Shown: one piece after another, positions 46,005 through 59,374 of the stretch
Numbering within the stretch: position 1 is the first letter of the stretch
How the letters are laid out: each line of letters begins with the position of its first letter
Assembly (NCBI RefSeq): GCF_044704955.1
Contig: NC_092008.1
Span: 2,604,001-2,668,000, forward strand
From: Pristiophorus japonicus
Lineage: Eukaryota
Direction of reading: 5' to 3'
Length of the DNA: 64,000 nt
Program-made: the position numbers and the translations under genes
The notes under the pieces: generated by a model
Told to the model about the DNA's origin: nothing
The model's input: the letters and a program-made list of their open reading frames with translations, nothing else
The model's database searches: none

Positions 46005-48425
46005 CAGAGAGATCTCCTTTCACCATCCCAGGACGTCCCAAAGCACCTCTCGGCCAACTTTACTCGAAGTGCGGTCGCTGTTGTTATGTAGGAAACGCGG
46101 CGGCAGAATTTGCGCACGGCAAGCTCCCACAAACAGCAATATGATAAATGACCAGCTCATCTGTTTTTAGTGATGATGGTTGCAGGATAAATATTAGCCC
46201 CAGGGGACACCGGAGATGACGCCCCTGCTCCTCTTGAACAAAGTGCAGCGGGGAACTTTTACGTCCGCCTGAGAGAAAAGACGGGGCCTCGGTTTAACGT
46301 CTCATCCGAAAGACGGCCCCTCCGACGGTGCGGCGCTCCCTCAGCACCACCCCTCCGACGGTGCGCCGCTCCCTCAGCACCGCCCCTCCGACGGTGCGCC
46401 GCTCCCTCAGCACCGCCCCTCCGACAGTGCGCCGCTCCCTCAACACCGCCCCGAACTGCTATTCATTCGAGGGACCGCCTTTGATGATGATGGACTGCTA
46501 TTCTTCAACATAGTGGCCATGGTATCATTTACGTCCATCCGAGAAAGCAGATGGCGCCTCCATCCCATCCAGAAAGACAGTGCCGTCTTACGGATGAAAC
46601 GTTAAACCAACGCCCCCGTCTGCTCTCAGGTGGGACATAAAAGATCCCACAGCCACTATGTTGAAGATCGCAGGGGGGAATTCTCCCCGGTGTCCTGGGG
46701 CCAATATTTATCCCTCAACCAACATCACTTTTTAAAAAAAAAACAGATGATCTGGGTCATTATCCCATTGCTGCTTGTGGGAGCCTGCTGTGCGCAGGTT
46801 GACTGTCGCATTTCCTACATTACAATAGTGAGCCCACTTCAAAATAAAGTACTCAACAGTTGTGGAACGCTTCTGGGCGTCCTGAGGTCGGGACCGGTGC
46901 GACAGAAATGCTTTTTTTTCATAAATATAAATGCAGGATAAGTATCTCATAAATCATAAAGTAGTACGGCATAGAAGGAGGCCATTCGGCCCATCGAGCC
47001 TGTGCCGGCTCTTTCGAAGAGTAATCCAGTTAGTCCCACTCCCCCCTGTTCGCTCTTTTTTTTTCTCCAAGTATTTATCCATTTATTCTCTCCTCCCCTT
47101 ATTGTGCTTATCTAGTTTCACCTTCAATGCATCTTCACCTCAGCCACTCCCCGTGGAAACGCGGCAGCCAACCAGCGCACAGCAAGCTCCCACAAACAGC
47201 AACGTGACGATGACCAGCTCATTTGTCCCTGCTCTGTTCATTTGAGGGATGAATATTCTCCGGGCTAACACACTCCTCAGCACCGCACTGTAGTGCCAGC
47301 CTGGAGTTTTGAGTCAAGTCTCCGGAGTGGGACTGAGCCACTGGCTCAGCGGGTAGCATTCTCGCCTCTGAGTCGGGTTCAAGTCCCAACCCGGAGACTT
47401 GACGCAAAAGATCCCATGGCCACTGTTTGGAAGAAGAACAGGGGAGTTATCCCTGGTGTCCTGGCCAATATATATCCCTCAACCAAAACAACAAAACAGA
47501 TTATCTGGTCGCTGCCGCACTGCTGTTTGTTGGGAGCCGGCCGCGCCCAAACTGGCTGCCAAGCCTTCGACATTACAACAGTGACTACGCTTCAAAAACA
47601 TAGAAACATAAAAAATAGGTGCAGGAGTAGGCCATTTGGCCCTTCGAGCCTGCACCACCATTCAATATGATCATGGCTGATCATGCAACTTCAGTACCCC
47701 ATTCCCGCCTTCTCTTCATACCCCTTGATCCCTTTAGCCGCAAGGGCCACATCTAACTCCCTTTTGAATATATCTAACGAACTGGCATCAACAACTCTGT
47801 GGTAGAGAATTCCACAGGTTCACAATTCTCTGAGTGAAGAAGTTTCTCCTCATCTCAGTCCTAAATGGCTTACCCCTTATCCTTAGACTGTGATCTCTGG
47901 TTCTGGACTTCTCCAACATCGGGAACATTCTTCCTGTATCTAACCTGTCCAATCCCGTCAGAATTTTATATGTTTCTATGAGATCCCCTCTCATCCTTCT
48001 AAACTCCAGTGAATACAGGCCCAGTCGATCCAGTCTTTCTTCATATATCAGTCCTGCCATCCCGGGAATCAGTCTGGTGAACCTTCGCTGCACTCCCTCA
48101 ATAGCAAGATCATCCTTCCTCAGACTAGGAGACGAAAACTGAACACAATATTCCAGGTGAGACCTCACCAAGGCCCTGTACAACTGCAGTAAGACCTCCC
48201 TGCTCCTGTACTCAAATCCCCTCGCTATGAAGGCCAACATACCATTTGCCGCCTTCACCGCCTGCTGTACCTGCATGCCAAATTTCAATGACTGATGTAC
48301 CATGACACCCAGGTCTCGTTGCACCATACCGCTGTTTGTGGGAGCCTGCTGTGCCCAAATTGGCTGCCACACCTCCTACATTGCAACAGTGACTACACTT
48401 CAAAAAGTACTTCATTGGTTGTAAA
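46005..48425. mobile_element. Cluster of SINE fragments in both orientations with a nested minus-strand CR1 (47597-48325)
   Basis: SINE body motifs; ORF 47788-48372 is CR1 RT C-terminus. Confidence 0.8.
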
Positions 48426-48431
48426 TCACAT

Positions 48432-49582
48432 AAGGCATTTGACAAGGTGCCACATAAAAGGTTACAGCACAAGATAAAGTTCACCAGGTTGGGGGTAATA
48501 TATTAGCATGGATAGAGGATTGGCTAACTAACAGAAAACAGAGAGGGTTCATTCTCTGGTTGGCAAACAGTAACTAGTGGGGTGCTGCAGGGATCAGTGC
48601 TGGGACCCCAACTATTTACAATCTATATTAACGACTTGGAAGAAGGGACTGAGTGTAACGTAGCCAAGTTTGCTGACGGTACAAAGATGGGAGGAAAAGC
48701 AATGTGTGAGGAGGACACAAAAAATCTGCAAAAGGACACATACAGGCTAAGTGAGTGGGCAAAAATTTGGCAGGTGGAGTATAATGTGGGAAAGTATGAG
48801 GTCATGCACTTTGGCAGAAAAAAATCAAAGAGCAAGTTATTATTTAAATGGAGAAAGATTGCAAAATGCTGCAGTACAGCGGGACCTGGGGCTACTTGTA
48901 CATGAAACACAAAAGGTTAGTATGTAGGTACAACAAGTGATTAGGAAGGCCAATGGAATCTTAGCCTTTATTGCAAAGGGGATGGAGTATAAAAGCAGGG
49001 AAGTCTTGCTACAGTTATACAGGGTCTTGGTGAGGCCACACCTGGAATACTGCGTGCAGTTTTGGTTTCCATATTTACGAAAGGATATATTTGCTTTGGA
49101 GGCAGTTCAGAGAAGGTTCACTAGGTTGATTCTGGAGATGAGGAGGTTGACTTATGAGGAAAGGTTGAGTCAGTTGAGCCTCTACTCATTGGAATTCAGA
49201 AGAATGAGAGGTGATCTTATCGAAGCGTATCAGATTATGAGGGGGCTTGACAAGGTGGATGCAGAGAGGATGTTTCCACTGAAGGGGGAGACTAGAACTA
49301 GGGGGCATGATCTTAGAATAAGGGGCCGCCCCTTTAAAACTGAGATGAGGAGAAATTTCTTCTCGGAGGGTTGTAAATCTGTGGAATTCGCTGCCTCAGA
49401 GAGCTGTGGAAGCTGGGACATTGAATAAATTTAAGACAGAAATAGACAGTTTCTTAAACAATAAGGGTGCGGGCAGGGAAGTGGAGCTGAGTCCCTGATC
49501 GGATCAACCATGATCTTATTAAATGGCGGAGCAGGCTCGAGGGGCCGTATGGCCTACTCCTGCTCCTATTTCTTATGTTCTA
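48432..49582 (+). mobile_element. CR1 LINE 3' part
   Basis: [36 protein letters not shown]; tail ttcttatgttct. Confidence 0.92.
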
Positions 49583-50039
49583 AGGTCCGTATTCACACAC
49601 CTCTCTCCATCCGCTGCATTTATTTGGGCCTTGGGGGTGGAGGGGAGGTGGGAAGCTGCTGAGGTGGAAGTGAAGCGGCTGCCCATCGTGGCTGGAGGGC
49701 AAGTCTCATGTTGCACGCGTCCTGCTGGTTGGTCCAAAGAGGCCGTGGTCAAGTAACACACTGCCTGTCCTTTCATCCAATCAGGTGACGGTGAGGGGGC
49801 GGTGGCAGGAAGGCCTTTTCACACCAAGCCAAAACACCCTTTGTCTTTGTGCATAAATTCACCAACGCCTACACTGCAGCCGTGAAACATTTCGCAATGC
49901 CGGGGTCGAACCAACATTTATTATATCCCAGAGGCCGAATGCTTTTGCCAACATGAATTTACAATCGATTGGTTCGAGCGCGAAGTCCGGTTTCGTGGGT
50001 GTGGTAGCAATTATCCAGCGCACTCTTCATTTAAAGCCA

Positions 50040-51910
50040 AGAATTAGGAGCAGGAGTTGGCCATTCGGCCCCTTGAACCTGCTCCGCCATTTAATAAGAT
50101 CATGGCTGATCTACCTCAACTCCACTTTCCCGCCCGATCCCTCAATTCTCTTAATACTCAAAAATCTATCGATCTCCGTCTTGAATACACTCAACGACTG
50201 AGCCTCCACAGCCCTCTGGGGCAGAGAATTCCAAAGATTCGCCACCCTCTGAGTGAAGACATTCCTTCTCGTCTCAGTCCTAAATGGCCGACTCCTTATC
50301 CTGAGACTGTGTGACCCCTGGTTCTAGACTCCCCAGCCCGGGGGGAAACATCCTCCCTGCATCTACCCTGTCACTCCCTGTAAGAATTTTGTATGTTTCA
50401 ATGAGGTCACCTCTCATTCTTTTCCAAACTCTGGAGAATATCGGCCCAGTCTGCTCAATCTCTCCTTGTCGGACAATGCCCCCATCCCAGGAATCAGTCT
50501 GGTGAACCTTCGTTGCACACCGTCTTCTTTAAACATTCGCTCACGGGATGTGGGCGTTGGTGGCCAGGCCGGCATTTATTGCCCATCCCTAATTGGCCCT
50601 GGAGAAGGTGATGGTGAGCCGCCTTCTTGAACCGCTGCAGTCCGTGTGGTCCAGGAAAAGACACTTCTTTTTTTTCTTTTTTCAACGGTTTGTGGGCCTG
50701 TTGAGTAAAACCATGTCAAAATCTTGAATATTACCTTTTCTCGTTGCCTTTCTTGACACACTGAACACCTAATGGAAGTCAGATGGCCTTGATCCAATCT
50801 GTGATCCTTGGAACTAGCCGTCGAGAGGAGCGCAGTTCAGATTTAAAGTGGCGCATGGGGTTTCACACCAGCCGTTCACCTCGGGGATCCGTGTTCAAAT
50901 CCAGCCCAATTGAAAGCCATCCGTGTCTTTCCGACTGGGAAATGAGTTTGGACACACGGACACGGGGGTCACACGGTCTCAGGATAAGGGGTCGGCCATT
51001 TAGGACTGAGATGAGGAGGAATTTCTTCACTTGGAGGGTGGTGAATCTTTGGAATTATGAGGGGCCTGGATAGAGTGGATAGGACGGACCTATTTCCCTT
51101 AGCAGGGCGGTCCAACAACCAGGGGGCACAGATTTAAAGTAATTGATAGGAGGTTTAGAGTGATTTGAGGGGAAATTTCTTCACCCAGAGGGTGGTGGGG
51201 GCCTGGGACGGAACTCGCTGCCTGAAAGGGTGGTAGAGGCAGAAACCCTCACCACATTTGGATGTGCGCTTGAAATGGCGTAACCTACAGGACTACGGAC
51301 CCAGAGCGGGAAAGTGGGATTAGGCCGGGATGGCTTTTTGTCGGCCGGCGCGGACACGATGGGCCAAAATGGCCTCCTTCCGTGCTGTAAAAAGGCCATT
51401 TTGGCCCACGCCGGCCGACAAAGAGCCATCCAGCCGAATCCCATTTTCCAGCTCTCTATCCCTAGTCCTGTAGGCTATGGCACTACAAGCGCACATCCAA
51501 GTACTTTTTAAATATGGTGAGGGTTTCTGCCTCTACCACCCTTTCAGGCAGTGAGTTCCAGACCCCCACCACCCTCTGGGTGAAGAACGTTCCCCTCAAA
51601 TCCCCTCTAAACCTCCCCCCAATGACTTTAAATGTATACCCCCCCTGGTTGTTGACCCCTCTGCAATGGGAAACAGGTCCTTCCTAGCCACTCTATCCAG
51701 GCCCCTCATAATTTTATACACCTCAATCGAGTCTCCACTCAGCCTCCTCTCCTCCAAAGAAAACAACCCCAGCCTGCCTATCCAGTCTTTCCCCATCGCT
51801 AAAATTCTCCAGTCCCGGCAATATCCTGGTAAATCTCCTCTGCGCACCCTCTTCAGTACATTCACGTCCTTCCTGTAATGTGGTGACCAGAACTGCACGC
51901 AGTACTCTTG
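50040..51910. mobile_element. CR1 fragments, including a tail-to-tail pair (plus 51055-51390, minus 51390-51910)
   Basis: tcacccagagggtggtgggg at 51181 versus ccccaccaccctctgggtga at about 51565. Confidence 0.82.
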
Positions 51911-52939
51911 TTTTCCCTGAACTAACTCTTGGTTAGCGGAAGATCTAATCTGATGCGCAGTTATTTAAATGGAATTCACCCCCCTTCTCCCCGCCCATTC
52001 TTGGAATTTTTACAAATGTTTCCAGTGGAAGAATGTGTCCGAGGGGGAAGCTCTCGCACGTTTGCAATCAGTTTTGGAGGAAGGGATATGGCCGCAGTTC
52101 ATGGCCACGGGCCAAATCAGCTAAATGAAGCAGATAAACCCGTCCGTCCCTTAAGTGCTGTGTCGATCACGTTAACCGCACCACAGCGTCATGAGATTAA
52201 TAGATTACAAAAATATATTGTTGATCGGTTGTTTGGCCATCAAGAGTTCTTAAAATGGCATCCAGCGGTAAAAGGTGCACGGTGTGACTGAGATGGATCA
52301 GGTTACTTAGCGTGATGTGAACCCTGCGAGTTGCTTTCAGCGATAACGTATTTCTCAATCTTCACCATTCTCAGTTTGGAATAAGCCTTTGAGTTTTACT
52401 GTGCCGATTCCCTGTGGTATCCGTTCCAGTTAATGCGATGCACCGATACGTCTGCAGGAGAGAGAATAACTAAATATGTACGTGTCGAAAGTGTGCTCCG
52501 CGTTCCCCCTCTCGCCCCCGCCTTCTAAAGGTACTGATACGCTGGAGTACAATTTCTTGGGGTTCTGGTTAGCCCCTGGTTATATGTTGATGTGTGACTG
52601 GGTGGAGACAGTGGAGGGAGGGGGAGCACCATCGACTGTCCACACTTGCGCCCCTCATAGCAGATGCCACTAGATAGTGATAATGAATGGGTAACGGGGC
52701 TGATTCTCGTGTCTCACTCTCTCTCACACTAGTATGTCCACATGCTGGCGTGCTCTCTCTCGCGTCCTCACGCAATGGCCACTGAGCAAAGTCATAGCAG
52801 CTAGTACCTGAAGGGGAAAAATGGTGCTGGTAATGTGGGGTGGAGGGGGGCTGGGGGCGGGGAAATGGGCATCTGTTCGATTATGACCATGACCAGTATT
52901 ACCTGGCCAATTGCGAATTGAACAAAAATACAGAAACCG

Positions 52940-53390
52940 CAATGTGATAATGACCAGATGATGTGTTTTTAGTGATGTTGGTTTTGGGATAAATGTTGGC
53001 CCCAGGACACCGGGGAGAACTCCCCTCGCATCCCCCCTCCCCGCTCTTCTTCCAACAGTGGCCGTGGGATCTTTTACGTCCAGCGGAGAGCGCAGATGGG
53101 GCCTTGGTTTAACGTCTCATCCAAAAGGCGGCACCTCCGACAGTACTGCCGCTCCCTCAGTATCGCCCCTCCGACAGTGCAGCGCTCCCTCAGTACTGCC
53201 CCTCCAACAGTGTGGCGCTCCCTCAGTACCGCCCCTCCGACAGTGCGGGGCTCCCTCAGTACCGCCCCTCCGACAGTGCGGCGCTCCCTCAGTACCGCCC
53301 CTCCGACAACGCAGAGCGGCACTCCCTCAGCACTACCCCTCCGACAGCGCAGTACGGCGCTCCCTCAGTACTGCACTTGGAGTGTCAGTC
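52940..53390 (-). mobile_element. DeuSINE-like SINE with short 33-bp array
   Basis: Reverse complement of SINE body and unit. Confidence 0.8.
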
Positions 53391-53779
53391 TAGTTTATTT
53401 ATCTGGCTTGTAATTACAAAAGGCATGTACTGATGTGTAGATGATCAGTTTTCCCGCTGGATATGTATGGGTCTCTCTACCTCCTTCCCCCTCACTGTGA
53501 AAATGCTGCCTCACACGTGTGTGTTTCCAAACAATGGCGGACTTTGAAAAGCGCTTGCTATGTGTTGTGGTTTTAAAAAGAGGCCAGGTGACGATGACGT
53601 GAATAGCGCTGGCTAAATCTTCTCTAACTCTGTGTGTACAGAGAGCAGATTCGCTGTGCATTATGCTTTCATTTCCTGTTTCCCTTTACGGTTTCGCACT
53701 CGCCCATAATAGGCATTAACCTTTCGCGTGCTGGACCGCACAGCCTCTTTCCGCCATTTTCCTGGTGCTTTTGTGCACA

Positions 53780-54865
53780 ACAACAATAACTTGTATTTAT
53801 ATAGCGCCTTTAATGCAGTGAAACGTCCCAAGCCGCTTCACAGGAGTGTTGAGATTAAAAATTTGACACCGAGCCCCATAAGGAGATACAGGGTATTGGT
53901 GAGGCCACACCTGGAGTACTGCGTGCAGTTTTGGTTTCCATATTTCCAAAATGATATACTTGCTTTGGAGACAGATCAGAGAAGGTTCACTCGGTTGATT
54001 CTGGGGATGAGGGAGTTGAGTAGGTTGGGCCTCTACTCTTTGGAGTTCAGAAGAATGAGAGGTGATCTTATTGAAACGTATAAGATTATGAGGGGGCTTG
54101 ACAAGGTGGATGCAGAGAGGATGTTTCCACTGATGGGGGAGACTAGAACTAGGGGGCATGATCTTAGAATAAGGGGCCGCCCATTTAAAACTGAGATGAG
54201 GAGAAATTTCTTCTCTCTGAGGGTTGTAAATCTGTGGAATTCGCTGCCTCAGAGAGCTGTGGAAGCCGGGACATTGAATAAATTTAAGACAGAGATAGAC
54301 AGTTTCTTAACTGATAAGGGATTAAGGGGGCGGGCAGGGAAGTGGAGCTGAGTCCATGATCGGATCAGCCATGATCGTATTAAATGGTGGAGCAGGCTCG
54401 AGGGGCCGAATGGCCTACTCCTGCTCCTATTTCTTATGTTCTTATTAGGACAGGTGACCAAAAGCTTGGTCGAAGAGGTCGGTTTTAAGGGATGTCTTGA
54501 AGGAGGAAATAGAGGTAGAGAGGCGGAGAGGTTTAGGCAGGGAGTTCCAGAGCTTGGGGCCCAGGTAGCTGAAGGCACGGCCACTGATGGTTGAACGATT
54601 ATAATCAGGGATACTCAGGAGGACAGAATTAGAGGAGCGCAGTCATCTCGTGGGACTGGAGGAAATGACAGAGATGGGCAGGGGCGAGGGCCATGGAGGG
54701 ATTTGTAAACGAGGATGAGAATTTTGAAATCGAAGCGTTGCTTAACCAGGAGCCAATGTAGGTCAGCGAGCACGGGGGGGGGGGGGGGGAGGGGAAATGA
54801 GTGGTAGTGAGGGGGGGACTCTGTGCTAGCTAGGACACTGGGCAGCCGAGTTTTGGATCATCTCT
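53780..54865. mobile_element. Minus-strand L2 interrupted by plus-strand CR1 (53887-54443)
   Basis: L2 tail aacttgtatttatatagcgcc; CR1 YRVLVRPHLEYCVQFWFP... Confidence 0.85.
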
Positions 54866-55419
54866 CGTCCATCGCACGTCAAAGAGAGGCTTGTGCAATG
54901 ATCTATTTTAAGAAATCTATTTCACTGGGGGAGAGGGCGGACTGGCCTCTGGGTGCCAGTGGGCTAAGGTATATCGCCAACCTGCGCAGAATGGGCAAGG
55001 GGACAAAATATACAAAAATAAGGTAAACCCCGCTCGTAAATGGACATTAGACTGATCCCTAGGAAGGGGTGATTGTCCTACGGGCAGAGATTGAATCGAT
55101 TGGGCCTCAACTCTCTGGAGTTTAGGAGAATGAGAGGTGATCTCATTGAAACCTGTAAGGTTCTGAGGGGGATTGAGAGGGGGGGAACTGAAAACTTCAC
55201 CAATCACTGGGACAGCAACGGTCTTTATTAAGAAGTTGATATTTGACTTGGGTTATTTTCAGAGTTGTGCAAGCGACGTGAGCAGAGCGATTGGTTTCTT
55301 TCTTATCTCTTTCTGAACTCCTCTCGCAGGCCGGTGGGGAATTCCATGGCCTCCTCTTGGTTAGATCAGTAACTGCGAGTGGTGGCACAAGTTGTGACCC
55401 GGCACCATTTCAAAAAACA

Positions 55420-56175
55420 AAAGACTTGCATTTCTGCAGTTCCTTTCGTGACCACCGGACGACTCAAAGCGCTTCACCACCAATGGCATACTTTTTGAAG
55501 TGCAGTCACTGTTGTAATGTGGGAAACGCGGCAGCCAATTTGTGCACAGGAAGTTCCCGCAAACAGCAGTGTGATAACGACCAGATAATCTGTTTTTGGT
55601 TGAAGGACAAATATTGGTCAGGACACAAGAGAGGGCCCCTCTCCCCCAGCTCTTCGAAATAGTGTCTGTGGGATCTGTTATGTCCACTTGTGCGAGCAGA
55701 CGGGGCCTCGGTTTAACGTCCAATCCGAAACGCGGCACCTCTGACAATGTGGCACTCCCTCAGTACCGCCCCTCTGACACTGCAGTGCGGCGCTCCCTCA
55801 GTACCGCCCCTCCGACAGTGCGGCGCTCCCTCAGTACCGCCCCTCCGACAGTGCGGCGCTCCCTCAGTACCGCCCCTCCGACAGTGCGGCGCTCCCTCAG
55901 TACCGCCCCTCCGACAGTGCGGCGCTCCCTCAGTACCGCCCCTCCGACAGTGCGGCGCTCCCTCAGTACCGCCCCTCCGACAGTGCGGCGCTCCCTCAGT
56001 ACCGCCCCTCCGACAGTGCGGCGCTCCCTCAGTACCGCCCCTCCGACAGTGCGGCGCGCCCTCAGTTCTGCCCCTTCGACAGTGCGGCGCTCCCTCACTA
56101 CCGTCCCTCCGACGGCCCGGCGCTCCCTCACTACCGTCCCTCCGACAGCGCGGCGCTCCCTCAGCACCGCCCCTA
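55420..56175 (-). mobile_element. DeuSINE-like SINE with 33-bp array (55745-56175)
   Basis: As above. Confidence 0.83.
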
Positions 56176-56261
56176 CGAGGGAGAGTCATTGCATCTTGGC
56201 CAAAGCTACATTTGACCTTGGGGTTCCACGGGCCAAGGAGCAGAATAACCAGCTCAGGTTA

Positions 56262-57190
56262 TAGAATCAGAGAAATTTACAGCACGGAAGGAGGCCATTC
56301 GGCCCATCGTGTCTACACCGGCCGACCAAGAGCCACCCCGGCCTAATCCCACTTTCCAGCTCTCAGTCCATAGCCCTGTAAGTTACGGCACTTCGAGCGC
56401 ACATCCAAATGTGGTGAGGGTTTTTGCCTCTACCACCCTTTCAGGCAGCGCGTTCCAGACCCAGACCCCCACCACCCTCTGGGTGAAGAAATTTCTCCTC
56501 AAATCCCCTCTAAACCTCCTACCGATTACTTTAAATCTCTGCCCCCTGGTTATTGACCCCTCTGCTAAGGGAAATGGGTCCTTCCTAGACACTGTATCCA
56601 GGCTCACCTCAATTAAATCTCCCCTCAGCCTCCTCTGTTCCAAAGAAAACAACCCCAGCCTCTCCAATCTTTCCTCATCGCTAAAATTCTCCAGTCCCGG
56701 CAACATCCTGGTAAATCTCCTCTGTACCCTCTCCAGTGCAACATCCTGGTAAATCTCCTCTGTACCCTCTCCAGTGCAACATCCTGGTAAATCTCCTCTG
56801 TACCCTCTCCAGTGCAACATCCTGGTAAATCTCCTCTGCACCCTCTCTGGTGCAACATCCTGGTAAATCTCCTCTGTACCCTCTCCAGTGCAACATCCTG
56901 GTAAATCTCCTCTGCACCCTCTCCAGTGCAGCATCCTGGTAAATCTCCTCTGCATCCTCTCTAGTGCAACATCCTGGTAAATCTCCCCTGCACCCTCTCC
57001 AGTGCAACATCCTGGTAAATCTGCTCTGTACCCTCTCTGGTGCAACATCCTGGTAAATCTCCTCTGCATCCTCTCCAGTGCAGCATCCTGGTAAATCTCC
57101 TCTGCACCCTCTCCAGTGCAGCATCCTGGTAAATCTCCCCTGCACCCTCTCCAGTGCAATCACATCTCTCCTGTAATGTGGTGACCCACT
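56262..57190 (-). mobile_element. CR1 3' fragment with 38-bp array (56700-57160)
   Basis: As at 21211 and 32140. Confidence 0.88.
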
Positions 57191-57480
57191 CCTGATCACC
57201 AGTGATCCTTCCTTGCATGTGGATCTTTGGCGCGGACAGGATGGGGCTGAGCTGTGATGCCTTTCATCGTTGAACAGACTGCCTCAACACTGGTGTCTGG
57301 GCTGAGGCACGAGGAACGGCCGCTTGGGCAAGGTCCCAGAGGATGATAGCTGTGTAACCATGCCCTCTGCAAGATAACAATTTCTCTTCAGTTTGCTCCG
57401 CCCCATTTCGTCGTTGACTTCTACACGGCCCACTTTACCAGGAAGGCCAGTAGCAGGTCTATCTCAGGCCTGCAGGACAG

Positions 57481-57960
57481 TCATCATCGTAGGCAGTCCC
57501 TCGAATCAAGGATGACTTGCTTCCACCTCAAAAAGTTCACCGATGTTTCAATGAAGGACCTAAAATTCCAGGTCCTGAACTAAATCTTGAAGATGCCTGT
57601 GCGTGGATTTTTTAACGTGGGGTGGCCGTTGCACACCAGCCACCACACGGGCTTGACAGAGCTAGGTCTTGGTCCAGTGGCAAGGGTTAACCAGGACGAC
57701 TGGAGACCAGCTCTGCTGCTTGGACCTAGTGCGCACATACATCGCACGGTGTGGGCTGGGCCCCGTGCTGCCCCTGGGCCCCGAACTCGCGCCTCTCCTG
57801 GGCCCCGATCGCGTCCCTCTACAATCTCTCGCCGCTCCTTCGCCCCGACCTCGCCGCTCCTGCTTCAATCACCGACCTGGGCCTTGGTGACGTCCCTCTT
57901 CACTGCCGTTGCTCTCCTGCTCCAGCACGTGCTGCTCCCTGGAGTGGTACGCCGTCACGC
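57481..57960 (-). mobile_element. Candidate bipartite non-autonomous RTE derivative (5' region fused to RTE 3' tail)
   Basis: Tail gtggaagcaagtc..c.tgattcgagggactgcct..(gat)n is shared with RTE copies, but the upstream body is different and structured. Confidence 0.55.
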
Positions 57961-58284
57961 TGCTCCTTGCAGGGCGGTACACCACTGCCAACTCCCGTCC
58001 TTCTGCGGAAAAGCCATTGCAGCAACAGGCGCACAATCACGCGCGCCCACACGCGGGCAGAAACCAGCTTGCAGCCAAGTCTGGCTCCAGCTTCTGGCAT
58101 GGGCCCGATTCCGGGCAACGACAGAGAGTGGTACTGAACCAGCTGTGACTGGGGAGCTGGAGAAACGCTCTTTTGATGGGAACTCATTAAGCCTATCCTG
58201 TCTGTGCTGCCTCTTGTTGCTATATTTTCGCTGTGACTTTGTGAACTGAGTGTCAGATTGGCTAGCAGTTCACCACAGTACTAC

Positions 58285-58700
58285 AGACACGAGACTCCCA
58301 AAGCAAGTGCTTTACTCGGAGCTCCTTCATGGCAAGCGAGCCAAAGGTGGGCAGGGGAAACGTTACAAAGACGCCCTCAAAGCCTCTCTGATAAAGTGCG
58401 ACATCCCCATCGACACCTGGGAGTCCCTGGCCAAAGACCAGTCCGCCCTAAGTGGAGGAAGTGCATCCGGGAGGACGCTGAGCACCTCGAGTCTCGTCGC
58501 CGAGAGCGTGCAGAAACCAAGCGCAGGCAGCGGAAGGAATGTGTGGCAAACCAGTCCCACCCTCCCTTTCCCTCAATGACTATCTGTCCCACCTGTGACA
58601 GAGTCTGTGGCTCTCATATTGGACTGTTCAGCCACCTAAGGACTCACTTCAGGAGTCGAAGCAAGTCTTCCTCGATTCCGAGGGGCTGCCTATGATGATG
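58285..58700 (+). mobile_element. RTE LINE 3' fragment
   Basis: DTRLPKQVLYSELLHGKR...SHLRTH; (gat)n tail. Confidence 0.88.
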
Positions 58701-59374
58701 GTGACAACAATTACGGTTCAGGTCTTTGAGTGTCGAGAATAATTGAAACAAGTCCATTCTATGCCAATGAAACACTTTAATCACAAATAGTAAAATACAG
58801 AGAAGCAAACCACACAAGCCTCACACCTTGTGTATTATATTAGTCGTTTAAACAGAGCTGATCAGTCTCCGCTCTGGTGTCCCGCTTCAAGTTCCTAACT
58901 TGAGGTCCCTGCTTCTCGAGGTGTTGCTCCGAGGTTCTCTCTGCTTGACTGGCCTTTTGTCTTAACTTTTGTATAATTCTTAGACTTAGTCAACATGCCG
59001 CAACCTGCCCATGGGGCGATTCATATCTCAGACCATAGCCTTCCAGAACATCTTGTGGTAGTCACAAGGTTTTTCCTGTTTTCTTTGATCTGACTATGCA
59101 CTCTGATTAGATGAAGGTTGGCAGCTTTTGAATTTGTCTGTTTGCTTTTGATAATGTGATTATTGTGTCCGGTTCCATTGTGACTTGTCCCGTATATGCA
59201 ACATGTCTTGACCCTATAGTAGCTTCAGTGTTTTCCACGCTCTTTTCCAGAGCAACTCAAAACTAATCCCACTGTCCATCTCTCTGCCCAGAGCCCTATA
59301 TCTTCTGTTTCAAATATTCAATTTTCCCTTCATAAACAGATTATCTCCTCTGCAACCACACCATTGTGGTATAC

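Noticed and set aside
37809-53780. Short ORFs in unique stretches (38411-39001, 40704-41252, 51929-52291)
   Set aside because: No recognisable protein motifs or consistent splice signals; they could be conserved non-coding elements but that cannot be judged without alignments
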